A DNA stretch of 64,000 nucleotides from an uncultured Anaerolineales bacterium (lineage in GTDB: Bacteria; Chloroflexota; Anaerolineae; Anaerolineales; UBA6663), in NCBI GenBank assembly GCA_964480865.1, contig CAYZRP010000006.1, positions 4,064-68,063 on the forward strand, read 5' to 3'. Numbering within the stretch: the first letter of the stretch is position 1; each line of letters begins with the position of its first letter. Positions 37,129 through 45,995 of this stretch are shown here, in pieces. The notes beneath the pieces were generated by a model. The model was not told the DNA's origin, did not search any database, and worked only from the letters and a program-made list of their open reading frames with translations. Position numbers and translations under genes: made by a program.

Positions 37129-37292
37129 AATAGCATTCCGCCAGGGTCAGCTGCGACCCCATAGCCAGGCTCTTCGCTATAGGGTGAGCGTCCTGAGGCG
37201 AAAGTGACCTAATTGCCATTAGGTCCAGAGGATAGGACTCGGACTGATACTAGAGAAATGGATTTCGACGTTCAGTATGTCTGCGCGAGCTG

Positions 37293-37859
37293 GTGCAGGC
37301 CGGCCTGGCTGCTGGCGAGGATCCGATGGTCCTCATGGCGGACTGCCGGGAGGGCATGGCCGGCGTCGGCAAGCGCTACGAAAGCGGCGAGTACTTCGTC
37401 TCGGACCTGATCATGGCTGGCGAGGTCTTCAAGGAAGTCATGGCCCTGATCGGCACTCGCTTCCAGGGCGACACCGGCACCAAACGCGGGGCCGTCGTGG
37501 TCGGGACGGTCAAGGGTGACATCCACGACATCGGCAAGGACATCGTCGTCAGCCTGCTGCGCGCTGGGAACTACGACGTGGTGGATCTGGGCGTGAACGT
37601 GCCGGCGGAGAAGTTCGTCGAGTCTGTGCAACAAAGCGGGGCTTCAGTGGTCGGCCTCTCCGGGCTGTTGACGATCTCGTTCGACGCCATGAAAGAGACG
37701 GTGGCGGCCCTGGCCGCGGCCGGGCTTCGCGAGAAGGTCAAGATCATGGTCGGCGGTGGGCCTGTCAACGAACAGGTGCGCGAGTTGGTCGGCGCTGACG
37801 CGCTGGGCGGGGACGCTCAGGCGGCGGTGAACCTCTGTGACATGTGGATCGCAGCCTAA
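37293..37859 (+). CDS. cobalamin-binding corrinoid protein (MtaC/MtbC-like), N-terminus short or uncertain
   Basis: B12-binding motif GDIHDIGKDIV (DxHxxG) and a helical cap ..LVQAGLAAGEDP... The frame opens only at 37254 after a TAG stop, and the first usable start is GTG at 37293. Confidence 0.7.
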   Translation: MQAGLAAGEDPMVLMADCREGMAGVGKRYESGEYFVSDLIMAGEVFKEVMALIGTRFQGDTGTKRGAVVVGTVKGDIHDIGKDIVVSLLRAGNYDVVDLGVNVPAEKFVESVQQSGASVVGLSGLLTISFDAMKETVAALAAAGLREKVKIMVGGGPVNEQVRELVGADALGGDAQAAVNLCDMWIAA

Positions 37860-37871
37860 GGAGAAGAGAAC

Positions 37872-39005
37872 ATGGAAAACGTGGCGCTGATGGAAGAACG
37901 CCTTGAGCGCATCCGCAAAGTCATCCGGTTCGAGCCGGTCGACCGTCTGCCGATCATCCAGAACGCCTCGGCCTGGGGGCCGCGCTACACCGGCCATACC
38001 GTGGCCGAGTTCTGCACCGTCAACGAAGCCTCAGCCCGGATCACGATCGAAGCGATGGACAAGCTTGGCGGCGTGGACGGAGTCAATATGGCGATGGTCG
38101 GGCGCACCCCGGCGATTCTGACCACCGCCTGGCTGTCGCGCATCGGCGTGCCCGGCCGCGATCTGCCGCCCGACAGCCTGTGGCAGGTGCGCGAGGCCGA
38201 GGTCATGACGCTCGAGGACTACGACACCATCCTTGAGAAGGGCTGGCCGGCGTTCCTCGACGGCTATATGCCGCGGGTGATCGACCCGGCCGACCTGGGC
38301 GACGCCCTGGGCTTTCTGATGGGCAACCTGAACCCGATGCTGCAGACGTACCACCAGCACGGCTATGTCACCATGGCCTCGACGGCGATCGCGACGCCGT
38401 TCGACTACCTGTGCGGCGGCCGATCGATGTCGCGGTTCTTCGTCGATCTGCACCGCATACCGGACAAGATCCAGGCTGTCATGGACGTCAGCCTTCCGGC
38501 CATCATCGGCCAGGGCATCGGCATCTCGAAGTCAGCCGGTGTGCCCGGCATCTGGATCGGCGGCTGGCGCACGGGGAGCGCGCTTGTGGCGCCGAAGCTG
38601 TGGAACCGCTTTGTCTGGCCGTATCTGGTGCAGTGCGTGCACGTTGTCGCGGCGGCGGGCCTCATCCCGATCTTGCACCTGGATCAGGACTGGACGCGTG
38701 ACCTAGCCCGGTTCCGCGAGTTGCCAGCCAAGACCTGCGTGATGAACCCTGACGGCCTGACCAGCCCGACGAAGTTCAAGGAGATCCTGGGCGATCACAT
38801 GACGTGGATGGGCGACACGCCCGCCACCCTGTTCGCGGCCGGCACGCCGGATGACATCTACGCCTACGTGCGCGATCAGGTCCAGCTGTTTGAGGGCCGC
38901 GGCCTCATCATCGCCCCCGGTTGCGATGCTCCGATCAACACGAAAACCGAGAACATGGAGGCCTTTGTCGCGGCCGCGAAAGAATTTGGCGCGGTGACGG
39001 CGTAG
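37872..39005 (+). CDS. uroporphyrinogen decarboxylase-family methyltransferase (MtaA/CmuA-like)
   Basis: 377 aa, URO-D-like, 12 nt after the corrinoid protein gene. This is the typical pairing in a corrinoid methyltransfer system. Confidence 0.7.
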   Translation: MENVALMEERLERIRKVIRFEPVDRLPIIQNASAWGPRYTGHTVAEFCTVNEASARITIEAMDKLGGVDGVNMAMVGRTPAILTTAWLSRIGVPGRDLPPDSLWQVREAEVMTLEDYDTILEKGWPAFLDGYMPRVIDPADLGDALGFLMGNLNPMLQTYHQHGYVTMASTAIATPFDYLCGGRSMSRFFVDLHRIPDKIQAVMDVSLPAIIGQGIGISKSAGVPGIWIGGWRTGSALVAPKLWNRFVWPYLVQCVHVVAAAGLIPILHLDQDWTRDLARFRELPAKTCVMNPDGLTSPTKFKEILGDHMTWMGDTPATLFAAGTPDDIYAYVRDQVQLFEGRGLIIAPGCDAPINTKTENMEAFVAAAKEFGAVTA

Positions 39006-39090
39006 GGAGGACAGTCACAATAGACACGAATTCACGGCGAATGGGCGCGAGGGACGCGTGGCGATGGTCCCAGGTCTCGGGTATGTGATT

Positions 39091-39176
39091 GGCGCTCATC
39101 ACGCAGAGGTCGCAGGTTGGAATCCAGTCTTCCGCTGGAAAAACACAAGGCCCGCCTCTGGATGGAGGCGGGCCCT
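39091..39176 (+). repeat. degenerate relic (R1) of the sRNA/tRNA-fMet tail plus copy-C-type terminator
   Basis: GGCGCTCATCACGCAGAGGTCGCAGGTTGGAATCCAGTCTTCCGCT aligns with the tRNA-like tail. The hairpin GGCCCGCCTC/GAGGCGGGCC and the next ~60 nt (CTTGTTCGTTCTCCTGACA..) are homologous to 35640-35740. Confidence 0.6.
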
Positions 39177-39230
39177 CTTGTTCGTTCTCCTGACATTATC
39201 CCAGGTCATGCATTAGAGCTACTTACCATT

Positions 39231-39305
39231 GGGTCCGGTGTAGAGCAAAGGCAGCACGTCGGGCTGTTCCCTCGGAGGTCGTCAGTTCGAATCTTGTCCC
39301 CGCTA
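39231..39305 (+). pseudogene. decayed initiator tRNA-Met gene (R2)
   Basis: ..GTAGAGCAAAGGCAGCACGTCGGGCTGTTCCCTCGGAGGTCGTCAGTTCGAATCTTGTCCCCGCTA keeps a tRNA-fMet-like D region and GTCGGGCT. The anticodon loop (CTGTTCC), the T-stem and the acceptor pairing are all broken. Confidence 0.55.
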
Positions 39306-39311
39306 CTTGAA

Positions 39312-39345
39312 AGGCCTGGATCTTGAAGAGATCCGGGCCTTTTTG
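39312..39345 (+). terminator. intrinsic terminator after R2 (homologous to copy B terminator)
   Basis: GGCCTGGATCT / AGATCCGGGCC forms an 11-bp stem with one G-U pair, followed by TTTTTGTTTG. Confidence 0.6.
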
Positions 39346-39818
39346 TTTGTCTCACCAGCCTGCTTGGCGCCCATAACCGGCGGGTCGAAGGTCCGAATCT
39401 CAGTTGGAGCGAATTGTGACCATCAGACTGCTCACACGTGGGCTGATCAATTTGGTTTGCCTCAACGAAACAGCGCGGCCAATAGCCGGTCGCTGCGTCG
39501 ATCGCGGTGGTGTGGTCGCGAGACGCCGATCCACGGCCACAACCTCAGTCATAGACCCAGATCCAGATAGGTTTCGTGACCCGGACAAACGAGCTGCAGG
39601 ACCCTGGCGGATATCGTCGGTTGGACGCGATACTCCGTGGTTGAACCCGTGTGCCTGTTGGCCGCCGACGAAGCATGTCCGATCCAGAAAAGGCGCCCAC
39701 CTCCTTAGAGGCCAATGCCCGATGCCCGGGTCAACGGCGGAGTGAACTTCATTACAATGGGCGTAACCGGACGTATCCGTTGAGGCCGCTCCCTATCGGA
39801 GCCAGCAGGGCGCTGACG

Positions 39819-40607
39819 ATGACGATCGCGTTTCAGAAGCTGCCAGGAGAACCTCACCTGGGTGTTGCGTTCTTCTGGCGCCTGGCCATCCACACCCCTC
39901 GGCCCGCCACGCGCATCGACCATTTCATCCCGGAGCTGTTCTACGACTACTTCCTGGTCGAGACAGGCGCCGTCCATGTGCGGCTGGTGCCAGGCCCACA
40001 CTCCGATCGGCTGCCCGACCAGTCGCTGAAGACACTCCATACGCACCCATTGACGTTTGTCTTCACCACGCCGCTCGTCTTGTATGGCGCACGCTTCACG
40101 CTGCGTTTTGCCGAACTGTGCTGGGAGCCGCGGCTGAGTGCCAACCGTTTCATTGAGGAGTCGTGGGTATCGCCCAAGCCTCGTAAGCTGTCGGTCTTTG
40201 CCGACCAACTCACCCGCCATCTGCGGGCGCACCAGACTCGCCGACACCCCTACCCGCTGCTTGCGCCGGGGCTGCGGGAATGTGACGAGCTCGCTCATCT
40301 GTCGGCCAGACACAAGCGCCGACTTTACCAGTCGACCTTCGGCGTCAGCCGCCAGGCCCTCCAGCGCCTCGCTTCCATTCAAGCCTTCTTGCAGCAAACC
40401 TGCGATTTTGGCGATGAAACGCCGCACATCATCAGCCACCTGGACCCCGATGTGTTCTATGACCAGGCACATCTCAATCACACCTTCAAGCGGCTCACGG
40501 GATTTTCGCCGAGCGAGTACTTCCAAGCGAACTCGATCCTGCAGGACAACCTGATGGCCGTTTCGTACAATGAGCTGCCGGCTGACCAGACTAGACTGGC
40601 TTCATGA
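39819..40607 (+). CDS. AraC family transcriptional regulator
   Basis: ATG at 39819. C-terminal HTH (..VFYDQAHLNHTFKRLTGFSPSEYF). Confidence 0.7.
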   Translation: MTIAFQKLPGEPHLGVAFFWRLAIHTPRPATRIDHFIPELFYDYFLVETGAVHVRLVPGPHSDRLPDQSLKTLHTHPLTFVFTTPLVLYGARFTLRFAELCWEPRLSANRFIEESWVSPKPRKLSVFADQLTRHLRAHQTRRHPYPLLAPGLRECDELAHLSARHKRRLYQSTFGVSRQALQRLASIQAFLQQTCDFGDETPHIISHLDPDVFYDQAHLNHTFKRLTGFSPSEYFQANSILQDNLMAVSYNELPADQTRLAS

Positions 40608-40963
40608 ATGACATCCCATCCCAAAACGACATCGTTAACGAGTATCTGGCTGCGCTCGACCCCACGATCGCGCCCCTCTTTCACGCGGTTCGCGCCGTGA
40701 TCCTGACCGCCGGCCCGGCCCTCCATGAGAGCATCAAGTGGAAGAATTGCCTGGTGTATGGCACCACCCGCAACCACATCCAGACAGTGGTCGGCAAAGG
40801 CAAGATTTCGCTGATCTTCCTGGAGGGCGTCGCGCTGGACGACACGTATGGGCTCCTCGAAGGCGACGGCAACAAGGCTCGCACCCTGCGCATCACGTCA
40901 CCGGACTTCAATCAGCCGGCTCTGCGCAACTACGTCAGGCAGACCCTGGCCAGAAACAAGTAG
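40604..40963 (+). CDS. DUF1801 (YdhG-like) domain protein
   Basis: ..LHESIKWKNCLVYG.. is a DUF1801-type motif. Overlaps the AraC stop by 4 nt. Confidence 0.65.
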   Translation: MNDIPSQNDIVNEYLAALDPTIAPLFHAVRAVILTAGPALHESIKWKNCLVYGTTRNHIQTVVGKGKISLIFLEGVALDDTYGLLEGDGNKARTLRITSPDFNQPALRNYVRQTLARNK

Positions 40964-40977
40964 CGGGAGTCGTCACA

Positions 40978-41400
40978 GTGAAGAGATACGCTGCCGCCAT
41001 TACCATCCAGGCTGCTCCTGAGGTTGTCTGGAAGATCCTCACCGACGCCGCCGGCTATCCGCGCTGGGACAAGACCATGAACCGTATTGAGGGCCGGTTG
41101 GCGTCCGGCGAGAGGGTGACGTTTCATACCAGGTTGAGTGACCAGGCCTTTCCGGTGCGCGTGACCGAGTTCCGCCCGATGGAGAAACTGGTGCTCACCG
41201 GTGGAATGCCGCTGGGCTTGTTTAGGTCAGAGCGCACCCACCGCCTGGCGGCGGTTGGAGACGGACAAACCAGATTCACGACCGAAGAGATTTTCAGCGG
41301 GCTGCTGTTGCCGATCTTCGGCAAGAATATCCCGGACCTGACGGAAAACTTCCAGGGGTTTGTGGTCGCGCTTAAGCAGGCGGCGGAACAGGGAATCTGA
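40978..41400 (+). CDS. SRPBCC (START/polyketide cyclase-like) family protein
   Basis: GTG at 40978 preceded by GGGAG. ..APEVVWKILTDAAGYPRWD.. is SRPBCC-like. Confidence 0.65.
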   Translation: MKRYAAAITIQAAPEVVWKILTDAAGYPRWDKTMNRIEGRLASGERVTFHTRLSDQAFPVRVTEFRPMEKLVLTGGMPLGLFRSERTHRLAAVGDGQTRFTTEEIFSGLLLPIFGKNIPDLTENFQGFVVALKQAAEQGI

Positions 41401-41415
41401 TCCCATAGCAAGCGA

Positions 41416-41640
41416 TCAGGCGGGTGTAAAGATCGGGGTGTGGGGCTTACGCAGCACCATGTCGCTTGCCTCCGGCGCCAGCCGCGCCATCAGTGCATCC
41501 GTGTGGACGCGACAACATATGTTGCCGTTGATCAGAAATGCCACGCCGCCGAACACCGCTTCTCGACAAGCCCATCCTGATCTGCCAGTTGCTTTCGCAT
41601 GCGTTCGGCCAGCGTATCGTCGAATGCCATGTGGTCCCTC
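41416..41640 (-). pseudogene. TfoX N-terminal-domain protein gene with 1-nt frameshift
   Basis: MAFDDTLAERMRKQLADQDGLVEKR, then shifted by one nt, MFGGVAFLINGNICCRVHTDALMARL... The shift lies near 41555/41556. Confidence 0.5.
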
Positions 41641-41823
41641 CCATCAACCAGAGGCCTTGCATGCGCGCCCGAGTTTGTCGGCTGACGGCGGTTGGGCACG
41701 CAGCATACAGCCAACATGGCCACTGTCTGGCGGTGCCACCAACGTGCCTGCTATGAGTTACCGGGGGCGAGCCTGAAGGCAGCATCCCAACCGGCTCTTG
41801 CGCCAGAACCTCGCTTGGCTGAT

Positions 41824-43053
41824 CTACGCTGATGAGAGTCGACGCCGGAGGAGATCGCGCACGGCCGATGTCGGAGCGGACTCCAGGGCAGCGGCTTTGA
41901 AACGTCGCGCTGTGTCAACGTCGCCGGTTCGGCGGTGCAAGTCCGCCAGAACTGCCAGCCACATGTAGTTGCCTGCCAGCCACGCAGGGGGTTCGAAACC
42001 TTTGAGGACCTCGAGGCCGGCGGCCGGCCCACACCACTCGGCGATAGCCACCGCCCGGTTGAGGCGATGTAACGCCGATGAAGTCAGGTGCTCGAGAAGT
42101 GCATAGCATTCCGCGATGCGATCCCAACGTGTCTCAGCATAGCTGGCGGCCAGACAATGTTCCGCAGCGATCGCGGCCTCGGCATGGTAGCGCGAGAAGT
42201 GGTCGCCTTGCGCGGACCGGGCCAGCCAGGTCATCCCGGCCTGGATGCGATCGGGTTCCCAGAGCGAACGGTCCTGCTCTTCCAGAAGCAGCAGCCCGCC
42301 AGATGCGTCCTGGCGCGCGGAGAGCCTCGCCCTGTGAAAGTGCATCAGGGACATCAACGCAAACATCTCGGGTGTGCGGCCGACGGGATGCTCGGCCAAC
42401 AGCGTTCCAAGCCGCAGCGCCTCGTCACACAACTCGCGTCGAATCGATTGCACCTGATGAGCGGAGAGGTAGCCTTCGGTGAACAGGAGATACAGAACCT
42501 GCAGCACGGCGGGAAGACGTCGGGCGTGTGGCTCGCTATTCAGCGCGAGCGGCAGACCTCTGTGTTCGCGCAGCCAGGCCCGCCCCCGGCTGTAGCGTTT
42601 GTAGACGTTGGCCTCGCTCAAGAATAATCTCAACCCGATCTCTCGCACGTCGAAGCCGCAAAGGATCTTGAGCGCAAGGACGAGCTGAGACTCGACCGGG
42701 ATGGCTTCGTCACAACAGACGAAGAGCATGCGAAGGAGATCGTCGCCGACGGCGCTGATCGGGAGATCATCCTCGATGACCTCAGGCTCGACGTTTTCCG
42801 CCAGGATGCGCTGTCGTCGAGCCTGTTGCCGAAGTTCTCCGATCACGCGGTTGTAGGCAACCCGGTAGAGCCAGGCCGACGGATTGTCCGGTTCGCCGGT
42901 CCGCGTCCAGGTCTCGAGAGCAGCGAGGAGCGCCGATTGGACGGCGTCTTCGACAGAGTCCAGATGGACGAGGCCGACCCGGCCCACGAGTATGGCCACC
43001 AGGCGGCCATACTCGTGGCGGAAGAAGTGCTCGACGAGCGGGGCGCCGGTCAA
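41824..43053 (-). CDS. ECF sigma factor with long C-terminal helical-repeat extension (ECF42-like)
   Basis: Sigma region 2 (..AVQSALLAALETW..PSAWLYRVAYNRVIGELR) and region 4, followed by about 220 aa of TPR-like extension. A 4-nt overlap links it to the upstream YCII gene. Confidence 0.8.
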   Translation of the reverse strand: MTGAPLVEHFFRHEYGRLVAILVGRVGLVHLDSVEDAVQSALLAALETWTRTGEPDNPSAWLYRVAYNRVIGELRQQARRQRILAENVEPEVIEDDLPISAVGDDLLRMLFVCCDEAIPVESQLVLALKILCGFDVREIGLRLFLSEANVYKRYSRGRAWLREHRGLPLALNSEPHARRLPAVLQVLYLLFTEGYLSAHQVQSIRRELCDEALRLGTLLAEHPVGRTPEMFALMSLMHFHRARLSARQDASGGLLLLEEQDRSLWEPDRIQAGMTWLARSAQGDHFSRYHAEAAIAAEHCLAASYAETRWDRIAECYALLEHLTSSALHRLNRAVAIAEWCGPAAGLEVLKGFEPPAWLAGNYMWLAVLADLHRRTGDVDTARRFKAAALESAPTSAVRDLLRRRLSSA

Positions 43054-43403
43054 AGGGCCGCGAACTCCCGGATCTCAAGGCTGGCGCCAGGCGCGATCAC
43101 GCCTGGGCACTGCCGCGCCACATCGATCGCCTCCTCGATCGTGGCGGCGGAGAGGATCATGTAGCCGCCCACCACTTCTTTGACCTCCACGAAGGGGCCA
43201 TCGCTCACCCCTTCAGGCGTGACCACGCGCGCGGCCTCGGTCAACTTGCCGCCCAAATCGACGATATTCGCCTGGAACCTCTCGCGCCAGGCGTTGAAGC
43301 GCGCGTACATCTCTTCCATTTGAGCCGGGGAGGGCATGGCGCCTACGGCTTGCGGATCAGGCTGGCCGGGTTGGCTGCGGCGGATGCAAAGGTACTTGGG
43401 CAT
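43050..43403 (-). CDS. YCII/DGPF-domain protein
   Basis: ATG at 43403. ..VSDGPFVEVKEVVGGYMIL.. is the DGPF signature. Confidence 0.75.
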   Translation of the reverse strand: MPKYLCIRRSQPGQPDPQAVGAMPSPAQMEEMYARFNAWRERFQANIVDLGGKLTEAARVVTPEGVSDGPFVEVKEVVGGYMILSAATIEEAIDVARQCPGVIAPGASLEIREFAAL

Positions 43404-43653
43404 GGTGGGTCCTTTTCTCGATCGGATGGATCGCCCTGACAACCCTATGACGCGCGACAGGCCCGACCTTGGACACTTGGGAGCGCCCACATATCGCCCT
43501 GACAGGATGATCGTCCACCGTTCGGGTGAGAAACGTCAGTGTAACCCGAAGTCTGATCGCGGGCATCCTAGTTAGGGCCTGACCCGCGCAGCATGGCTCT
43601 CGTTGCCAACCGTGCCTGGAGCAGACGTGCGTACTCCTTCTTTGTCCCACTTC

Positions 43654-45228
43654 ATGGATGCAATCCTGGCTGTGCCGGTCCAGTACAAGATCATCGGCAT
43701 TGTGATGCTGCCCGTGTTGATCCTGGGCTTGACGCTCAATTACTGGATTACCACGGGGCTTTCCGACTGGCTGTCCTACTTCGTCATGGATCAGCGTGTG
43801 CAGGCAGCGATGGCGAACGGCAGCCGCAGCGTTCTGCTGGTGACGCTGCTCTCGGCCGCGGGCAGCATCGTCTTCGCTTACCTGTTGATCTTTTTGCTCA
43901 CCCGACCCCTGGCCGAGCTGCGCCAGGTGGCCGAGGACGTCAGCACGGGCCGCCTCGACGCCCGCGCCCGTGTGTACACCGACGACGACATCGGCAAGGT
44001 GGCCGGCTCGGTCAACACGATGCTCGACCGTCTGGTCGAGACCCAGCGCAGCCTGGGGGAGGCCAACCAGCGCCTCGAAGTGATGAACCGTGTCGCGATG
44101 GCCGCCGGCCGCGAGCAGGAGCTCCCGGAAGTGCTCGACGCGATCCTGCAGGGCTTCGAGCATCTCGGGCTCGATCGTGGGTGGATCTATCTGCGCGACA
44201 GCGACACCGGCGCGTTCTATCTGGCGCACCAGCGCAACCTACCTAAGGAGGCGCTCGTGCACCTGGCCGCGCAGGATGATGGGCCGGCCCTGTGCGCGTG
44301 CCAGAAGGATCTCGTTGGCGCGGGCCTCGACCACGCCATGATGCGGACCTCGTGTCGTCGGCTCGGCCAGGCGATCGGCGACGATACCGCCACGCACATC
44401 AGCATCCCGATGACGGCGCGCGGCCAGGCGATGGGGATCGTCAACCTGTGGTGCCCGGACGGCTACGCGCCCAGCTCGGCGGACTTCGACATGCTCACCG
44501 CGACGGGGACTCAGGCGGCCGAAATCGTCAGCAATGCCTGGTTACGCGCGCGTCTTGTGGAGAAGGAAGCCGCGCGCCGCGCCCTGCTCGAATCTCTGGT
44601 GCGCACACAAGAGGCCGAGCGATCGCGTCTGGCGCGTGAGCTGCACGACGGCGCCGGGCAGACCCTGACGACGTTGCTGGTGCGGCTCAAGGCCCTCGAA
44701 CGCCAGGCCAGCGGATCCCAACAGGCCGATCTGGCGCGCCTGCAGGAGCTTGTCGCCGACAGCATCGAACAGGTGCGCGATCTGTCGTACCAGCTGCGGC
44801 CCGCAACGCTCGAGGAGTTCGGCCTCGCCCGCGCGCTGGACCATCTGGTGAACGAGACCGTGCGCCAGGCCGGACTGGAGGTGGTGACCCAGCTTCACAT
44901 CCGACGCAGCCTGCCGGGCGAGGTCGAGACCGCCCTGTATCGCATCGCCCAGGAGGGGCTTGCCAACATCCTCAAGCACGCGCACGCCTGGAAGGTCGAG
45001 GTCGAGCTCCTCGAGACGCCGTTCGGCGTGGCGCTGCGCATCGAGGATAACGGCCGCGGCTTCGACCCTTCGACTGTCGCTCAACGTGCTGACCGCCCAC
45101 ATCTGGGCCTGATCGGCATGCAGGAGCGGGTCGAGCTGCTCGGCGGGTCGCTAACCGTGGAGGCCGCTCCCGGCGCCGGGACCTCGGTGCAGGTGCGCAT
45201 CCCGATCCTCGAGGGAGAGGGGACATGA
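43654..45228 (+). CDS. sensor histidine kinase (TM-HAMP-GAF-HisKA_3-HATPase)
   Basis: ATG at 43654 (a TTG at 43603 is also possible). HAMP domain, GAF-like middle region, H-box ARELHDGAGQTL, ATPase box EDNGRGF. Confidence 0.85.
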   Translation: MDAILAVPVQYKIIGIVMLPVLILGLTLNYWITTGLSDWLSYFVMDQRVQAAMANGSRSVLLVTLLSAAGSIVFAYLLIFLLTRPLAELRQVAEDVSTGRLDARARVYTDDDIGKVAGSVNTMLDRLVETQRSLGEANQRLEVMNRVAMAAGREQELPEVLDAILQGFEHLGLDRGWIYLRDSDTGAFYLAHQRNLPKEALVHLAAQDDGPALCACQKDLVGAGLDHAMMRTSCRRLGQAIGDDTATHISIPMTARGQAMGIVNLWCPDGYAPSSADFDMLTATGTQAAEIVSNAWLRARLVEKEAARRALLESLVRTQEAERSRLARELHDGAGQTLTTLLVRLKALERQASGSQQADLARLQELVADSIEQVRDLSYQLRPATLEEFGLARALDHLVNETVRQAGLEVVTQLHIRRSLPGEVETALYRIAQEGLANILKHAHAWKVEVELLETPFGVALRIEDNGRGFDPSTVAQRADRPHLGLIGMQERVELLGGSLTVEAAPGAGTSVQVRIPILEGEGT

Positions 45229-45887
45229 GCGCGCAACCGCTGCGGATCGTCCTCGTCGACGACCACCAGATCCTGCGGGACGGCATCCGGGTGCTGCTCG
45301 AGGGTGAGCCCGGCGTTCGAGTGATCGGCGAGTGCGGCTCGGGCGTCGAGGCGCTTGAGTTGTGCGCGCGCGAGCAGCCCGACCTTGTCGTCCTCGACCT
45401 GAGCCTGCCCGACATGAGCGGGCTCGACGTCCTGCATCAACTCCAGGAGAAACAGCCGGCCGTGCGCGTGGTGGTGCTGTCGATGCACACCCAGCGCGAG
45501 TTCGTCCTGCAGGCCCTGGCCGGTGGCTGCGCGGCCTACGTGCCCAAGGCCACGGCCCACACCAGCCTGGTCGAGGCGATCCAGGCGGTGCGGCGCGGCG
45601 AGCGCTTCCTGCACCCCAAGGTCGCGGCCGTCCTGCTCGAGTCCTTTGGCGGCGACATGAGCGAAGTCCAGCAGTTCCAGGCGCTGTCGGACCGCGAGCG
45701 GGACGTGCTGCAGATGACGGCCTGGGGTTTCAACAGCCGCGAGATCGGCGAAAAGCTGGCCCTCAGCCCCAAGACCATCGAGACCTATCGGCAGCGCGCC
45801 ATGGAGAAACTCGGTCTTGAGCACCGGACGGATCTGATCCGCTTTGCCCTGCGAGCCGGCATTCTGGGCGAGCACGGCCCGGGCTGA
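45225..45887 (+). CDS. response regulator, NarL/LuxR family
   Basis: Receiver domain plus LuxR HTH (LSDRERDVLQMTAWGFNSREIG). Overlaps the kinase stop by 4 nt. Confidence 0.85.
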   Translation: MSAQPLRIVLVDDHQILRDGIRVLLEGEPGVRVIGECGSGVEALELCAREQPDLVVLDLSLPDMSGLDVLHQLQEKQPAVRVVVLSMHTQREFVLQALAGGCAAYVPKATAHTSLVEAIQAVRRGERFLHPKVAAVLLESFGGDMSEVQQFQALSDRERDVLQMTAWGFNSREIGEKLALSPKTIETYRQRAMEKLGLEHRTDLIRFALRAGILGEHGPG

Positions 45888-45995
45888 TCCCAACGGGTCC
45901 ACTCATTGCGCAACCCGAAGGAATCAGCGCGGGAAGCGGGTGCTCCGCCTGTCCCTTCCCGGCATGGCTGTGCAGTTCCGCCGGGTCGGGAAAAT

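Noticed and set aside
37140-37260. Possible ykkC/guanidine-type or cobalamin riboswitch in the leader of the corrinoid protein gene
   Set aside because: Only fragments resemble ykkC (TAGGGT.., GGTCCAGAG). The conserved ACGR/GGGA...AAAAGCCCGGGAGA part is absent, and so is a B12 box. Not supportable without a covariance-model search.
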